Shown here: piece after piece, positions 10,674 through 20,310 of the stretch | How the letters are laid out: the number at the start of each line of letters is the position of its first letter | Numbering within the stretch: position 1 is the first letter of the stretch | Assembly (NCBI GenBank): GCA_963675495.1 | Contig: OY776215.1 | Coordinates: 2,592,001-2,656,000, forward strand | Length of the DNA: 64,000 nucleotides | From: an uncultured Methanolobus sp. | GTDB taxonomy: Archaea > Halobacteriota > Methanosarcinia > Methanosarcinales > Methanosarcinaceae | Direction of reading: 5' to 3' | Notes under the pieces: model-generated | Told to the model about the DNA's origin: nothing | What the model saw: only the letters and a program-made list of their open reading frames with translations | Database searches by the model: none | Position numbers and translations under genes: made by a program

Positions 10674-11465
10674 TTATATGCTGCCCTGGTCTTTCAGTTT
10701 TTTAATTGCAATTTCAGCAGCTTTTTTCCCAGACAACATCATTCCGCCAAATACAGGTCCCATTCTGGGTGCACCAGCAACAGCATTAGCTGCCATTCCT
10801 GTGACTATGAGGCCAGGATACACTTCTTTAGTAGTTTCCATCAGCATACGCTCTCCTACATCTGCCCACATGGGTTTTTCCCCGACAACACCAAGTTCAC
10901 CAAATTCTGCGCCTGGTACTTTTCGCTGCACAGTGCTGCAAATACCTGCATCATGTCCGGTTCCGTCAATTACAACCTTTGCGCGTACTGCAAGTGGATC
11001 TACGTGAAGGCGTGCCATGGAAACCGGTCCCCAGTTGATCACAAGTCCACAAACAGTATCCTTCTCACGTATCATCACATCTTCTACATCAATTAGATTG
11101 AATATCTCTACGCCTGCACCGGTTGCGCCACATATCAATTTTGCAACGGATTCTACAGAACTTGCTACATAGTACCCTTTTTCATACTCATGGTAATCAA
11201 TGTCAAAATCATCAAGGATATGTTTTGCATCTTCCTGGACTACTATGCGAGGGAACATCATTCCCCCTCCCCACATTCCTCCTCCGATAGAGAGTTTCTT
11301 CTCAAAAAGAACAGTTTTAAGTCCTGCCTCACCAAGGTACTTAGCAGCAACCAGGTTTGCAGGCCCTCCGCCTACAAGTGCTACATCCACATCAGTATAA
11401 TCAAGAAAAACCTTTGAAAATTCATCAACTATAGCTCTTGTAATAACGATCTCATCTAGTTCCAT
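10674..11465 (-). CDS. thi4: Sulfide-dependent thiazole synthase Thi4
   Basis: GGGPANL, GGGMWGGG, LHVDP (His form), PRMGPVFGGM. Confidence 0.95.
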   Translation of the reverse strand: MELDEIVITRAIVDEFSKVFLDYTDVDVALVGGGPANLVAAKYLGEAGLKTVLFEKKLSIGGGMWGGGMMFPRIVVQEDAKHILDDFDIDYHEYEKGYYVASSVESVAKLICGATGAGVEIFNLIDVEDVMIREKDTVCGLVINWGPVSMARLHVDPLAVRAKVVIDGTGHDAGICSTVQRKVPGAEFGELGVVGEKPMWADVGERMLMETTKEVYPGLIVTGMAANAVAGAPRMGPVFGGMMLSGKKAAEIAIKKLKDQGSI

Positions 11466-11501
11466 TTTATTTCCTCATCAGAATTAATGTCAAATGTTTC
11501 T

Positions 11502-11517
11502 GATAAGGGCTATTATC
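11502..11517. promoter_or_regulatory. Candidate operator upstream of thi4 (GATAA-N6-TTATC)
   Basis: Inverted repeat immediately downstream of a minus-strand TTTAAG TATA-like box. Confidence 0.35.
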
Positions 11518-11579
11518 CTTAAAGTTAATGGGAGGGTGGCAACGTGGAGTGTTTCTATTGATTTAATCAAAAGATAATT

Positions 11580-13787
11580 TTAACATTTGTTAAACTTCGC
11601 CCAGAACACACTGCCTTGTCCTTCCGGATTATCTTCAATACCAACTGTCCCGTCCAGAAGTCCCGCGATTTTCTTGACAATGGCAAGGCCCAGACCACTG
11701 CCTTTTACTCCTGTCTTATTGACTCTTTTGAAACGGTCAAATACGAGTGGTTTTGCTGTGTCTGCTATGCCTTCTCCAAAATCAGTTACAGTTACTTTCC
11801 ATTCATAATTGGAGTCGATCACATCAACGATTATTCTTGTATTTTCGGGGCTGTACTTTATGGCATTTGATATGAAATTCGTAAAGATCTCTTCAACAAT
11901 TGGATTAAGCATTGCAGGGCAGCTGTCTTTTACTTTTAGGTCAACGGTCATCTTCTTTTCCATCAGATGCTGGTCGAATTGTTCTATTACACTTTCCAGA
12001 ATCGTTTTAATGTCCATTCTCATAAGATCAAGTTCATCCAATGCTTCTAATTTGGCAAATTGAGCAGCTGTTTCTATCATGTCTATTAGCTTATCAGTGC
12101 TCTTTTGCATGGTCATGATGAATTTAGCTTTTGTGGGTTCCTCTTCCATTTCGGAAAGTAATTCTAAGTATCCTTTGATGTTTCCTGCTGGATTGAGGAG
12201 GTCATGGCGCATTATGTCAGTGAACAGATCTTTTAGCTCATTTGAACTGAGAAGTTCTTCTTCAACTCTTTTTCTCTCATCAAGATCCATTGTTGTTCCT
12301 GTGAATCTGAATGGTTCATTATTTTTGTCCCATTCTGTCAACTTGCCTCTTGCAAGTGTCCACTGCCATTTTCCTCTGCTGTTTTTCACTCTGAATTCTG
12401 ATTCAAAGAAAGATGTTTTTCCTTCCAGGTGCATATTGATATTATCATTTATTGCTTTGAGGTCATCCGGGTGAGTTAGTTTTTTCCAGGCTTCGATGTT
12501 TCCCTCGATATCTGTTAATTCGTACCCGATCATTTCAGCCCATCTTTCATCATACATTACCTCATTAGTCTTGAGGTTCCAGTCCCATGTACCAAGGTTT
12601 GCACCTTCAAGTGCAAGTTCCATTACTTCTTTTGTCTTTGCGAGTACACTTTCCATATCTCTGCGAATTGTGGTATCACGTACTACCACAAGGGCATAAT
12701 CATACTGGTTCAAAGTGGAAAATGTAACATTTATTTCGACACATAAAGTGCTTCCATCTTTTCTTGTCAGTATTTTACTTGGTGCAAGGTAGCTGTTACC
12801 AAACATGTTTCGAAGATCATTTTCCCATAAATTATCATTAAATAATTCATAGATGCCGTGCTCTTCCATTCCGATGACTTCTTCTCTGCTATATCCAAGA
12901 TTCTGGCATGCTGTTTCATTTACATCTACAATGCTGATATTTTCCATGTCAATAATGAAAATAAAGTCATTAGATTTGTTTATAAGATTCTTGAAAAGAG
13001 CTATGTCTTTAAGGAAGGACCTATGGCTTAATGCCATGCTTACAAGTTCTGATACCACTTTCAGTGTCGAAGAATATTCCTGGAAACAGGTATCAATTAC
13101 GGTGTTATTTTCTAAACTGATAAAACCAATAGCTTCACCATCTGATTCCACAGGTATTGCAATTAGGGAGTGTACTCCACTTGATATTATAATATTCCTT
13201 TCACGATTTGCAATATCTAAAAGTTTAACGTCTTTGGATATAAATATCATTTGTTTTTTCTTCAGCTTTTCCTCGAGCCATGGGAAATTCGAAAAAGTCA
13301 TGCTTTCAAAAATACTTTTCTGATCCTGATATTTTTTCCATTGATAGGGTATGTATGGGTTACTATTATTTTTGAATAGTATCAGGGAACTTTTTTCCGA
13401 GTTGCAAAGTGTGGCGGCTTTTTCTAATGTTTCATTTATGGTCCCATCGACATCCTTTGGTGCAATGAACATTGATATGAGTGAAGATATGATTGTCTCT
13501 ATCTTTGTGTTGCGTTTCACAAGGTATTCAAGTTCTTCCCTTTTATCATCCAGCTCAGTTATCTTTGTTTCAAGTTCCTTGTTCTTTTTTTCGATATGGG
13601 TACTTGCATAGATTATGGTGATGAATGTGAATACTATCAAAGCTGAGCTGATCGTTATAAAATTTGTATTTTTAGTGATTATGAAAGGTGCCAGTAGCAC
13701 AAATCCCAATATACAGACAATTAAAAGAAACACTGTATTGGCGATTCTTGGTATTTTCATATTTTTTATTTTATGCTCAGTTTTCAT
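11580..13787 (-). CDS. Membrane GAF-PAS-PAS sensor histidine kinase
   Basis: Two N-terminal TM helices, GAF-like region, PAS (GTWDWN...HPDD), RHDLLNP H-box, NAIKYS, DFGEGI, GSGLGL. Confidence 0.92.
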   Translation of the reverse strand: MKTEHKIKNMKIPRIANTVFLLIVCILGFVLLAPFIITKNTNFITISSALIVFTFITIIYASTHIEKKNKELETKITELDDKREELEYLVKRNTKIETIISSLISMFIAPKDVDGTINETLEKAATLCNSEKSSLILFKNNSNPYIPYQWKKYQDQKSIFESMTFSNFPWLEEKLKKKQMIFISKDVKLLDIANRERNIIISSGVHSLIAIPVESDGEAIGFISLENNTVIDTCFQEYSSTLKVVSELVSMALSHRSFLKDIALFKNLINKSNDFIFIIDMENISIVDVNETACQNLGYSREEVIGMEEHGIYELFNDNLWENDLRNMFGNSYLAPSKILTRKDGSTLCVEINVTFSTLNQYDYALVVVRDTTIRRDMESVLAKTKEVMELALEGANLGTWDWNLKTNEVMYDERWAEMIGYELTDIEGNIEAWKKLTHPDDLKAINDNINMHLEGKTSFFESEFRVKNSRGKWQWTLARGKLTEWDKNNEPFRFTGTTMDLDERKRVEEELLSSNELKDLFTDIMRHDLLNPAGNIKGYLELLSEMEEEPTKAKFIMTMQKSTDKLIDMIETAAQFAKLEALDELDLMRMDIKTILESVIEQFDQHLMEKKMTVDLKVKDSCPAMLNPIVEEIFTNFISNAIKYSPENTRIIVDVIDSNYEWKVTVTDFGEGIADTAKPLVFDRFKRVNKTGVKGSGLGLAIVKKIAGLLDGTVGIEDNPEGQGSVFWAKFNKC

Positions 13788-13928
13788 CTTGTGATATATA
13801 TTGTTTTAATTAGTATATTTATTATTCGTTTGTATGTTTTCAGGGTAAATATGTTCCCGACTCCGAAACCTTTAAGGGTTACCTTTAATAGTTTCCATAA
13901 TTCATTTATGTATTAGAAGAAAAAAGAG

Positions 13929-15056
13929 ATGATATTCATAGTACGTACAGCCCAAAAAACCAGCTCGAAATCTAGCAGAGAAGCAACGACAGAACCCGCA
14001 GAATGTACTGCAGAATTCCTCGTAATGGAGCCGGCAGGTTATCCAATGGCCAGTGTCCTTGATGAGTATCCTGAGATATCTGACCCCGGGGTTTTTGAAC
14101 ATTATGCAAGGGAGCAATGGAAGGGTTACAGGGCTCATAAGGGTGATTATCTTTTTGACCGGCGCATGTATCCTGATTTTGCATATAAGGTTGCCGATGT
14201 TGAGCCACCAGGTTCCGTGATTGGACAGAATACCCATATAATAGTCAGGGATGCCGCTGTTGGTAGTATTCCTACAATTGATTTTAGAAGTGATGTGACT
14301 TTTGATGATGTCATTGGGCAGCAAAATGCACGAAAAAAATGTAAGTTAATAGAGCGTTTTCTTGAAGCACCTGATAAATTTGGTAAGTGGGCTCCCAGAA
14401 ATGTCCTGTTTTTTGGCCCATCAGGCACTGGCAAGACAATGCTTGCAAAAGCATTGGCAAACAAAGCTCATGTGCCTATTATTCCTGTGAAAGCTACAGA
14501 ACTCATTGGTGAGTTTGTAGGTGAGGGTGCCAGACAGATACATCAGTTATATGAGCGGGCACAGGAGATGGCGCCATGTATTCTTTTTATTGATGAGCTG
14601 GATGCCATTGCTCTTGACCGGAGGCATCAGGAACTGCGTGGGGATGTTGCAGAAATAGTAAATGCACTTCTCACGGAAATGGATGGTATTGTGGAACGTC
14701 CCGGGGTATGTACGATTGGGGCCACAAATCGTACTGATACGATAGATCCTGCTGTAAGAAGCAGGTTCGAAGAAGAGATCGAGTTCACACTGCCGGATGA
14801 AAAAGAACGCCTTACTATTCTTGAGCTAAATATACAGACTTTCCCGATTCCCGCAAAAGATGTGGATCTTAAGGTAGTTGCAAAGATGACAGAAGGACTC
14901 TCCGGAAGGGATCTTGTAGGCAAGGTGCTTAAAACTGCACTTCATAATGTTATCATAGAGGACAGGGATAGTGTAACCCAGGACGATCTGCTTGCTTCCG
15001 TCAAGAAACTGAAGAATATTCCAATGCCTTCAAATTCTGATAGGATGTACATTTAA
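13929..15056 (+). CDS. AMA-type AAA+ ATPase (single AAA domain)
   Basis: N-terminal PAGYPM (GYPL-like) motif, GPSGTGKT Walker A, LFIDELD Walker B, DPAVRSRF; exact start uncertain. Confidence 0.88.
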   Translation: MIFIVRTAQKTSSKSSREATTEPAECTAEFLVMEPAGYPMASVLDEYPEISDPGVFEHYAREQWKGYRAHKGDYLFDRRMYPDFAYKVADVEPPGSVIGQNTHIIVRDAAVGSIPTIDFRSDVTFDDVIGQQNARKKCKLIERFLEAPDKFGKWAPRNVLFFGPSGTGKTMLAKALANKAHVPIIPVKATELIGEFVGEGARQIHQLYERAQEMAPCILFIDELDAIALDRRHQELRGDVAEIVNALLTEMDGIVERPGVCTIGATNRTDTIDPAVRSRFEEEIEFTLPDEKERLTILELNIQTFPIPAKDVDLKVVAKMTEGLSGRDLVGKVLKTALHNVIIEDRDSVTQDDLLASVKKLKNIPMPSNSDRMYI

Positions 15057-15094
15057 GGATATCTTTTTAAACCTGGCAAATATATCGGTGGAAT

Positions 15095-15361
15095 ATGTCT
15101 GAGGTAAATGAGTCTGACAGATTTGAGTGCGTTGTCGTTAATGTGATTGACACACTTATGTGGAAAGGAGTGGTTGTCCAGGAGGTCGAATCTGGTGGGC
15201 GTGTCTATTTCGGAAAGGTCAAGGCAGAAGGTTTCGCCTATGGTCCTGGGGACATTCTCTACATTGGTGTAAAACCACTTCCATATGAGCTTGAAGAAAT
15301 GAAAATGGAAGTTTCCCTCTACGATGCCGATAATCAAAGGCTTGACTGGACTTTCCTTTAA
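15095..15361 (+). CDS. Small hypothetical protein
   Basis: 88-aa ORF with GGTGG RBS, co-oriented just after the AAA gene and convergent on rnz. Confidence 0.7.
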   Translation: MSEVNESDRFECVVVNVIDTLMWKGVVVQEVESGGRVYFGKVKAEGFAYGPGDILYIGVKPLPYELEEMKMEVSLYDADNQRLDWTFL

Positions 15362-15371
15362 TCTTTATTTC

Positions 15372-16307
15372 TTATTTCGCTTTTTTCCTTTTTTTGTCCA
15401 TATACGGTATGTCAATTTCCATTAGGTCCTCGGCGACTATCACATTGCCGTATATTGTTTTAGCTTCTTCATGCAGCAGTGTGGTATCGTCTGAGTATCT
15501 GGAACTGATGTGCGTAAGTACGAGTTTCAGGACATTTGCTTCTTTTGCAAGGGTAGCAGCTTCTTCTGCAGTAGAGTGCATGGATTCAATGGCCCAGTCT
15601 TGCTGCTCTTTTGTAAGTGTGGATTCATGTATCAAAAGATCTGCATCCCGGCTTGCTTCCAGTATGGCTTTGCAGGGTCGTGTATCACCGCTGTATATAA
15701 TTTTCCTTCCTGGGCGGCTTTCCCCAACTACATCTTTAGAGTGTATCATTTTTCCATCGACTTCTACAGATTCTCCTTTGTGGAGTCTTGAAAAGAGCGG
15801 ACCTGGTGGGACACCGAGATTGATCGCTTTCTGGCGATTGAACTTTCCTGTCCGCTCGTTCTCTATGAGTGCATAACCAATGCTTGGTATGCTGTGTTCC
15901 GTTTTTATGGCCATAATGGAGTAATCATCTCTTTTGATCACATCGCCTGGTTCAAGGTCTATGGCATCTATTTCAAAGCGTAACTTATAGTATCCAAGGG
16001 CGCTGAGTATCCTGGCAAATTCATGTATCCCGTGAGGTCCGTATATTTTCAAAGGTTCGGTTCTTCCGTGGAATGACATTGTCTGTATGAGCCCGGGAAT
16101 TCCAAGTATGTGGTCTGCATGGAAATGTGTTATGAATATGGAGGACAATGCTTTCATTCCTGTCTTTGCACGCATCATCTGTTGTTGGGTTCCCTCTCCA
16201 CAATCAAAAAGCATCAGCTCACCTTCACGGTTTATCATGATAGCCGATGGATTGCGTTCAGGTGTTGGCAGGGATCCTCCAGTTCCAAGAAATGTTACGC
16301 GAAGCAT
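15372..16307 (-). CDS. rnz: Ribonuclease Z
   Basis: FLGTGG, DCGEG, THFHADH, GVPPGP exosite, SGDT, HEST, THISSRY. Confidence 0.97.
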   Translation of the reverse strand: MLRVTFLGTGGSLPTPERNPSAIMINREGELMLFDCGEGTQQQMMRAKTGMKALSSIFITHFHADHILGIPGLIQTMSFHGRTEPLKIYGPHGIHEFARILSALGYYKLRFEIDAIDLEPGDVIKRDDYSIMAIKTEHSIPSIGYALIENERTGKFNRQKAINLGVPPGPLFSRLHKGESVEVDGKMIHSKDVVGESRPGRKIIYSGDTRPCKAILEASRDADLLIHESTLTKEQQDWAIESMHSTAEEAATLAKEANVLKLVLTHISSRYSDDTTLLHEEAKTIYGNVIVAEDLMEIDIPYMDKKRKKAK

Positions 16308-16541
16308 AGCTCTCTATAAGGGTTTGGGTTATTTATGAATTGTCTATCCGATTTAATCATTGATGTGGCAAATTATATTTGTGTTGCTTTCCATTTTGTA
16401 CTGGAATTCCATATGAAATCACTCGTTAAGTTCATATAGCATCTTATTATTAATGGAACGTCCATAAATCATACCAGATTTAAACAGAATTACTAATATT
16501 AATTTACTCACAATTACATAATAATCATAAGAGGATATATC

Positions 16542-16916
16542 ATGAAATGGCAAGGTAGATCTAGAAGGAAGTACACAGGTGCTAAGGTCAAGACCGCTCG
16601 CGGTAAGAGGAAATTCGAGCTTGGTCGTGAATCAGCTGATACACATGTTCACGAGACAAAGAGGAAGAACGTTGCAACCAGAGGCGGAAACAGGAAAGTA
16701 AGACTTCTCCAGTGCAATGTTGCAAACGTGACCGATTCACAGGGTAAGACTCAGACAGCAAGCATTGAGAATGTAACCGGAAATGCTGCAAATGGGCACT
16801 ACATTAGGCGTAACATCCTTACTAAGGGTTCTGTAATCACAACATCTCTTGGTAGTGCAAAGATTACAAGCCGTCCGGGTCAGGATGGTGTAGTGAACGC
16901 AGTATTGCTCGAATGA
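16542..16916 (+). CDS. rps8e: 30S ribosomal protein S8e
   Basis: [31 protein letters not shown]. Confidence 0.97.
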   Translation: MKWQGRSRRKYTGAKVKTARGKRKFELGRESADTHVHETKRKNVATRGGNRKVRLLQCNVANVTDSQGKTQTASIENVTGNAANGHYIRRNILTKGSVITTSLGSAKITSRPGQDGVVNAVLLE

Positions 16917-16940
16917 TCGAGCATCTTTTTTTTATTTTTT
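16906..16940 (+). terminator. Hairpin plus T-tract terminator after rps8e
   Basis: TGCTCGA-ATGA-TCGAGCA followed by long T runs. Confidence 0.6.
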
Positions 16941-16974
16941 AATTTGATCGTCTGGTATTATGGGGTTGCTATAT

Positions 16975-17466
16975 ATGGATGATAAAACTCGTCATATTCT
17001 GGAATGCCTTGAAGAGGATGCACGGACAAGTCACGAAAAAATTGCGACTATGACAGGACTTGCTGCTGATGAGGTCAGCAAAAAGATAACTGAGCTTGAA
17101 GACGCTGGTGTCATCCGTAAGTACAAAACTGTCATTGATTGGGATATGGCAGGTGATGAATATGTCTATGCGATCATCGAGTTGCAAGTGACCCTTGAGA
17201 GAAAACTTGGATACCAGGACCTTGTTGAACGCCTGTATAAGTTCCCTGAAGTGCGCTCTGTAAGACTTCTCTCAGGGCAGTATGATATCTCACTTACTGT
17301 ATCCGGAAAGTCAATGAAAGAAGTGGCTTTCTTTGTAGCTGAGAAGATCTCCACTCTTGAACAGGTTCAGCATACAACAACTCATTTTGTCTTGAAGACC
17401 TACAAAGAGGATGGTGTTATCCTTTATGAACAGGATCACGTTACGCGTTTACTGGTGACTCCCTGA
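16975..17466 (+). CDS. Lrp/AsnC family transcriptional regulator
   Basis: LEEDAR HTH, LEDAGVIRKY, SGQYD RAM domain; upstream of aminotransferase. Confidence 0.9.
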   Translation: MDDKTRHILECLEEDARTSHEKIATMTGLAADEVSKKITELEDAGVIRKYKTVIDWDMAGDEYVYAIIELQVTLERKLGYQDLVERLYKFPEVRSVRLLSGQYDISLTVSGKSMKEVAFFVAEKISTLEQVQHTTTHFVLKTYKEDGVILYEQDHVTRLLVTP

Positions 17467-17499
17467 TTTTGGAATCCTATTGTGCAGGATGTATAATAT

Positions 17500-18675
17500 A
17501 TGAGAAAAACATGCAATCCTTCAGAATTTGTGGCTGACGTCATGGGCAAGGTCCCCCCGTCGGGCATACGCCGCTATTTTGATCTTGCATCCGAGATAGA
17601 TGATGTGGTCTCTCTTGGTGTAGGTGAACCCGATTATGTTACTCCATGGCATATAAGGGAAGCGTGTATCCATTCTTTAGAATGCGGTGAAACCTCATAT
17701 ACTTCAAATTATGGTCTCATTGAACTAAGAGAAGAGCTTTCAGAACATTTTTCCACAAAGTACGGCGTTGATTATGATCCTACTTCTGAAATTCTGGTAA
17801 CTTCAGGTGTTAGTGAAGCTCTTGATGTTGCAATCCGTGCCATCACTAACCCAGGTGATGAGATTATTGTTGTCCAGCCTTCATATGTGGCCTATGTGCC
17901 TTCTGTGATGTTCGCAGGCGGTGTGCCTGTAATTGTTTCAACGAAGCTGGAGAACAATTTCAAACTGACTGCCGAGGAGCTTGAATCTGCTATCACAAAC
18001 AAGACCAAGGCCGTTATTATCAATTATCCTAATAATCCAACCGGCGCTACTATGGGTAGGAAAGACCTTGAGGCCATCGCGGATGTTGTCTGCGAACATG
18101 ACATAATGGTCATATCCGATGAGGTCTATGACTGCCTGACATACAACGGTGGACACACTTGTTTTTCTTCCCTTGAAGGTATGCGTGACAGGACCATTTT
18201 GTTGAATGGTTTTTCCAAAGCATACGCAATGACTGGCTTCAGGATGGCATATGCAATGAGCTCTCCTGAGATCATCAGTGCCATGATGTTGATACACCAG
18301 TATTCAATTCTCTGTGCTCCCATCACTGCGCAGATAGGAGCCATCGAAGCCCTCAGGAACGGCACAGATGAAATGAACCGCATGGTTCGTGATTATGACC
18401 GTCGCCGTCACCTCATCGTAAGCGGTCTGAAAAAGATCGGACTTGACTGCTTTGAGCCAAAAGGCGCATTCTACGCTTTCCCTTCTGTCAAGAACACAGG
18501 CTTAACTTCTGACCAGTTTGCAGAACGTCTCCTGAATGAACAGAAGGTCGTCACAATCCCTGGCGATGTATTCGGTGAAGCTGGCACAGGTTTCCTCAGA
18601 TGTTCCTATGCAACTTCCAGAGAGGAGATCGAGAAAGCTCTGGAGAGGATCGGGGCTTTTGTTGACGGGTTGTGA
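17500..18675 (+). CDS. Class I/II PLP-dependent aminotransferase
   Basis: LGVGEPD, YPNNPTG, SDEVY, FSKAYAMTGFR. Confidence 0.95.
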   Translation: MRKTCNPSEFVADVMGKVPPSGIRRYFDLASEIDDVVSLGVGEPDYVTPWHIREACIHSLECGETSYTSNYGLIELREELSEHFSTKYGVDYDPTSEILVTSGVSEALDVAIRAITNPGDEIIVVQPSYVAYVPSVMFAGGVPVIVSTKLENNFKLTAEELESAITNKTKAVIINYPNNPTGATMGRKDLEAIADVVCEHDIMVISDEVYDCLTYNGGHTCFSSLEGMRDRTILLNGFSKAYAMTGFRMAYAMSSPEIISAMMLIHQYSILCAPITAQIGAIEALRNGTDEMNRMVRDYDRRRHLIVSGLKKIGLDCFEPKGAFYAFPSVKNTGLTSDQFAERLLNEQKVVTIPGDVFGEAGTGFLRCSYATSREEIEKALERIGAFVDGL

Positions 18676-18748
18676 AAGGGCTTATTTTGATTCTTAATGG
18701 AGTCCACTGAATCCACTTCATCTCTAGTTATATTCTCAAAAATATACA

Positions 18749-19399
18749 TTATATGGGTTGGAAAATAATACTTTTCAGTTGCTCCATATCTTTATCAGAA
18801 AGTATTTCTTTATATAAATTATTCACAAGCCAAAGTCCACTTTCTCTTATTTTCTTTTTTGGGGAATAGTTGCCAAACCAATTTGTTGAGGAATTGCATT
18901 TACTACAAAGTGAAACAGTTGATATTAGTTTTGATTCCAAATTAAGCCTTTTTTCCTTTTCTGTGACTTCAAAAACAACAAATGAAAAATTATTTTGAAT
19001 ATATTTGCTAACTTTTTTCTCCACAGTAGCCTGCATGTTAAAATCAACAAGATGTGAATATTTTTCTTTTGCAGCTTTTGTTGTAAGATCAAGTTCCCAT
19101 TGCTTAAGGAAAGGATTATTCTCCATGTTCAAGAATGCTCTTCCAATATTCTTGCGAAAAATACTTCGATCTTTTTTCTCATTGATAAAGTGTTGTCTGA
19201 GCCTTGACCTTAACTGGTTTTCTCCTGTATGTGTGCCAACACGAACAATTCTATCATTTTCATGTCCATGTTCGCCTTTTTGAAACAGGATATAAATTCC
19301 ATTTTTCGGGATTTTACTTTCATCAAAAGGAAAATTCATTCTTTCAAGCTTATCAAACCACTGATGAAGTTTGTCACATTTCTCATTTATTGTTGACAT
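18749..19399 (-). CDS. Putative GIY-YIG-like nuclease
   Basis: NGIYILF...IVRVG...LRSRLRQH and later LESKLI match the GIY/YIG/Arg-helix/Glu layout; AT-rich. Confidence 0.55.
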   Translation of the reverse strand: MSTINEKCDKLHQWFDKLERMNFPFDESKIPKNGIYILFQKGEHGHENDRIVRVGTHTGENQLRSRLRQHFINEKKDRSIFRKNIGRAFLNMENNPFLKQWELDLTTKAAKEKYSHLVDFNMQATVEKKVSKYIQNNFSFVVFEVTEKEKRLNLESKLISTVSLCSKCNSSTNWFGNYSPKKKIRESGLWLVNNLYKEILSDKDMEQLKSIIFQPI

Positions 19400-19820
19400 G
19401 CTCTTTTAAATACTGTAATTGTTCGCCAATTCTCATACCTTGCAATGGGATCTCATAGTTGGGTATATGGGGTAGCAAAAATTTTCTGTACTTATCGCCT
19501 GCAAGAAAAACAAATTTATCGTTTTTTATGTCCGTAATCTTTCCTAGATCAGAAAGAACCTGTTTTGCCCACGTTTTGACTTCTTGTGACCTCATTTTAT
19601 TCAAAGTCTGTTCATAAGGCTCAATCTCTTCTTCCAAATCCAAAAGACCATACTTTGCAGACAAAATAAATATCCTGTCTGCAGAGATGGATTTAGCATA
19701 CTGCAAATTGTATTTGAAAAGGGTACTTACATACAAATTTTTTGCTTTTGCCTTATTGTCTAGTTTCTTACTGACACATGAAATTAATATATTCTTTTTA
19801 ATTTCCAACACCCAGCCCAT
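19383..19820 (-). CDS. DUF6884 (YaaA-related) domain protein
   Basis: LISCVSKK, AKNLYVSTLF, FILSAKYGLL, IEPYEQTL, FLAGDKY, GMRIGEQL; overlaps downstream gene by 17 nt. Confidence 0.75.
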   Translation of the reverse strand: MGWVLEIKKNILISCVSKKLDNKAKAKNLYVSTLFKYNLQYAKSISADRIFILSAKYGLLDLEEEIEPYEQTLNKMRSQEVKTWAKQVLSDLGKITDIKNDKFVFLAGDKYRKFLLPHIPNYEIPLQGMRIGEQLQYLKEHVNNK

Positions 19821-20310
19821 TTATTCCCTTAATATCGATGTCGATTAAATTTATTATCTTCCATTTAAATCAATATTATTGGTATGGGTTAAAAAGTTTA
19901 GTTTTTTATTTCGTGATCAATTGCCTCTCTCCAAACCCTTTCTCTCATAATGATGAGTCTCATAATATATCAAAGTGTAGATATGTTTATATAGTATATT
20001 TTAATATTTAGAATTGTAGTCACAGAATCTGAAGGTTCAGTGTCTGCAGAACAATTGGTGGTACGGTATGCTTTATCGGAACGCTGAATCAAAAACGGAT
20101 TTAAATGAACAGAACGTGGGCAGATTCCCTCTCTGCATTCCCTACAATATCTCTCCCCAAAAAACGCTTTACTTTTCCACGTTCTGTATTCAGCTTTCTG
20201 AACCATTTTTTAAGATTATGATGTTATTGCAATCTTTTTTGCAAATTGATTAGAAACAAGTATATCCAAACTTATATGTAAAAGACGATATATTCAGTTC
20301 ATTTGTCAGA

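Noticed and set aside
19970-20253. Short ORFs 19970-20206 and 20068-20253
   Set aside because: No recognisable protein features; nested inverted repeats favour a non-coding interpretation
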